Positions 62,827 through 64,000 of a stretch of DNA of 64,000 nt are shown here, one piece after another. The translations under genes and the position numbers were made by a program. The first letter of the stretch is position 1, and every line of letters begins with the position of its first letter. The DNA comes from a bacterium (lineage in GTDB: Bacteria > Hinthialibacterota > Hinthialibacteria > Hinthialibacterales > Hinthialibacteraceae): assembly GCA_963662285.2 (NCBI GenBank), contig CAXXMV010000001.1, positions 64,001 to 128,000 of the forward strand, in the 5' to 3' direction. Below the pieces are notes generated by a model. It did no database searches. It was not told the DNA's origin and saw only the letters and a list, made by a program, of their open reading frames with translations.

Positions 62827-64000
62827 CTCGTGGGAAATGGACGCTTGTGATATCGCTAGTCATCTTCATCACATCAGGATTGATGTATCTAAATTCGCTG
62901 TCGCTTCAAGATACAGCGACGCCGGAGAATATGTATGTTGAAGTCATTGATGGATCAGTAGAACTGTACAACAAAAAGGGGATGGTTGACCTTAAGGCAG
63001 ACGACCGGGCCTTGAGTCGACCGGGAGAAGCGCCAAAGGTTTTTTCTACAGTAAAACCGACGCCGGTAAAAGCGCCAACCCAACCTCCCCAAGTGATTGC
63101 TTTCGCGGTCAATGTGATTAACGATGTTTCGCAACCCGTGAAAGGCGCCAACGTCCTGGTGCGTGAGGGAAGCGCCGTCATCGCATCGGCGTCCAGCGAT
63201 GAAACAGGCTTTGCATCATTTACTCTTAAACTCAGCAATGACGCCAGCGTTTTAGCTCAGCAGAAGGAACATTTCGATAGCAAGCCAATCTCTGTTTTAG
63301 GAAAAGAAAAATGGATTTTGACCTTGGATCGCAAACTATCTATTCAAGGCAAGGTTATTGATCAAAACCAGAATGAGGTCATAGACGCGGTTGTTTCCAT
63401 TGCTGGAGCATCTAATGTTCAATCTTCAACCAGTTCACCTTTTCTATTTGCTTCTCTTCATCCTGGAACCTATCACGTCCAGGCCAGCCATGCAACACTG
63501 CTTGGCGAAGAACAAACCGTTCAGGCGGGGGATGAAATCGTGTTGCATCTGGCAACCAGCGCAACGGTTATTGCCTCAGTATCCACCTTACGCGGTGAAG
63601 CGGTAGGTGGGGCGGTATTGGATATGACCTCCAAACGGGGCAGCGGTTTTATTTTCTCAGAAAAACAGAATACCAACACCAAAGGCATCGCCAGTTTCAG
63701 TGATATCCAACGGGGAACCTATTCTATCGGCATCAAACATCCCTGGTATCAAAGTCTGAAACGCACTGACGTCCTGGTCGATTCAGTGACGGAAGAGATA
63801 TCTATCATATTACCCGATAAAAACCATTCTATATCAGGACATGTTTTCGACGCCAAAACGAACCAGCCAATCGCCAACGCTCCAGTTGTGTGCGGTTTGG
63901 ATTGGGGCAGTAAAGAATCGCTTCTTATGCTAATGGGTATTGAGAAAAATACTGGACCCTTATCGGCTACCTATACCGTCTATACCAATGAAGATGGTTT
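62823..64000 (+). CDS. Membrane-anchored protein with a FecR C-terminal half-domain followed by carboxypeptidase-regulatory-like (Ig/transthyretin-like) repeats; runs off the window
   Basis: Absent from the ORF track because no stop lies in the window. ATGA overlap with the upstream gene. Translation reads MTRGKWTLVISLVIFITSGLMYL..MYVEVIDGSVELYNKKGMVDLKADDRAL..PVKGANVLV..IQGKVIDQ..LHPGTYHVQASH..ISGHVFDAKTNQPIANA. Confidence 0.82.
   Translation, partial: MTRGKWTLVISLVIFITSGLMYLNSLSLQDTATPENMYVEVIDGSVELYNKKGMVDLKADDRALSRPGEAPKVFSTVKPTPVKAPTQPPQVIAFAVNVINDVSQPVKGANVLVREGSAVIASASSDETGFASFTLKLSNDASVLAQQKEHFDSKPISVLGKEKWILTLDRKLSIQGKVIDQNQNEVIDAVVSIAGASNVQSSTSSPFLFASLHPGTYHVQASHATLLGEEQTVQAGDEIVLHLATSATVIASVSTLRGEAVGGAVLDMTSKRGSGFIFSEKQNTNTKGIASFSDIQRGTYSIGIKHPWYQSLKRTDVLVDSVTEEISIILPDKNHSISGHVFDAKTNQPIANAPVVCGLDWGSKESLLMLMGIEKNTGPLSATYTVYTNEDG

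Noticed and set aside
62906-63606. ORFs 62906..63238 (-) and 63391..63606 (+)
   Set aside because: They are shadow or out-of-frame ORFs of the real plus-strand gene starting at 62823.

Overview
This 64-kb window is bacterial chromosomal DNA rich in secreted and glycan-processing proteins. The PulG-like prepilin paralogues and the C-terminal 'TAVxDWxI' tails resemble the Sumerlaeota/Hinthialibacterota(OLB16)-type candidate lineages; that placement is an inference only. Housekeeping content: tRNA-Val(CAC), fliW-csrA, mtnA, rsmA, mqnD and a kdsB-like gene. Accessory content: two paralogous beta-propeller sensor proteins, GH29, GH78, a GH-A clan hydrolase, a BNR sialidase-like protein, DUF4838, an SSS transporter, a KdnA-like aminotransferase, GT8 and GT4 genes, and many REP/MITE-like intergenic repeats. 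A 2.48-kb poly-G tract (19793-22275) inside the GH-A gene is almost certainly a sequencing or assembly artefact. The best leads are: (1) an AT-rich island (~43.7-45.8 kb) encoding a multi-core graspetide (omega-ester RiPP) precursor, an ATP-grasp maturase and a 3-TM protein whose architecture resembles a Pycsar-type membrane effector; (2) an ECF sigma/anti-sigma locus whose FecR domain appears split across two translationally coupled membrane proteins; (3) a shared C-terminal putative sorting motif on unrelated secreted proteins; (4) a tandem pair of unknown coiled-coil paralogues. No database searches were run, so all family calls come from motif recognition.
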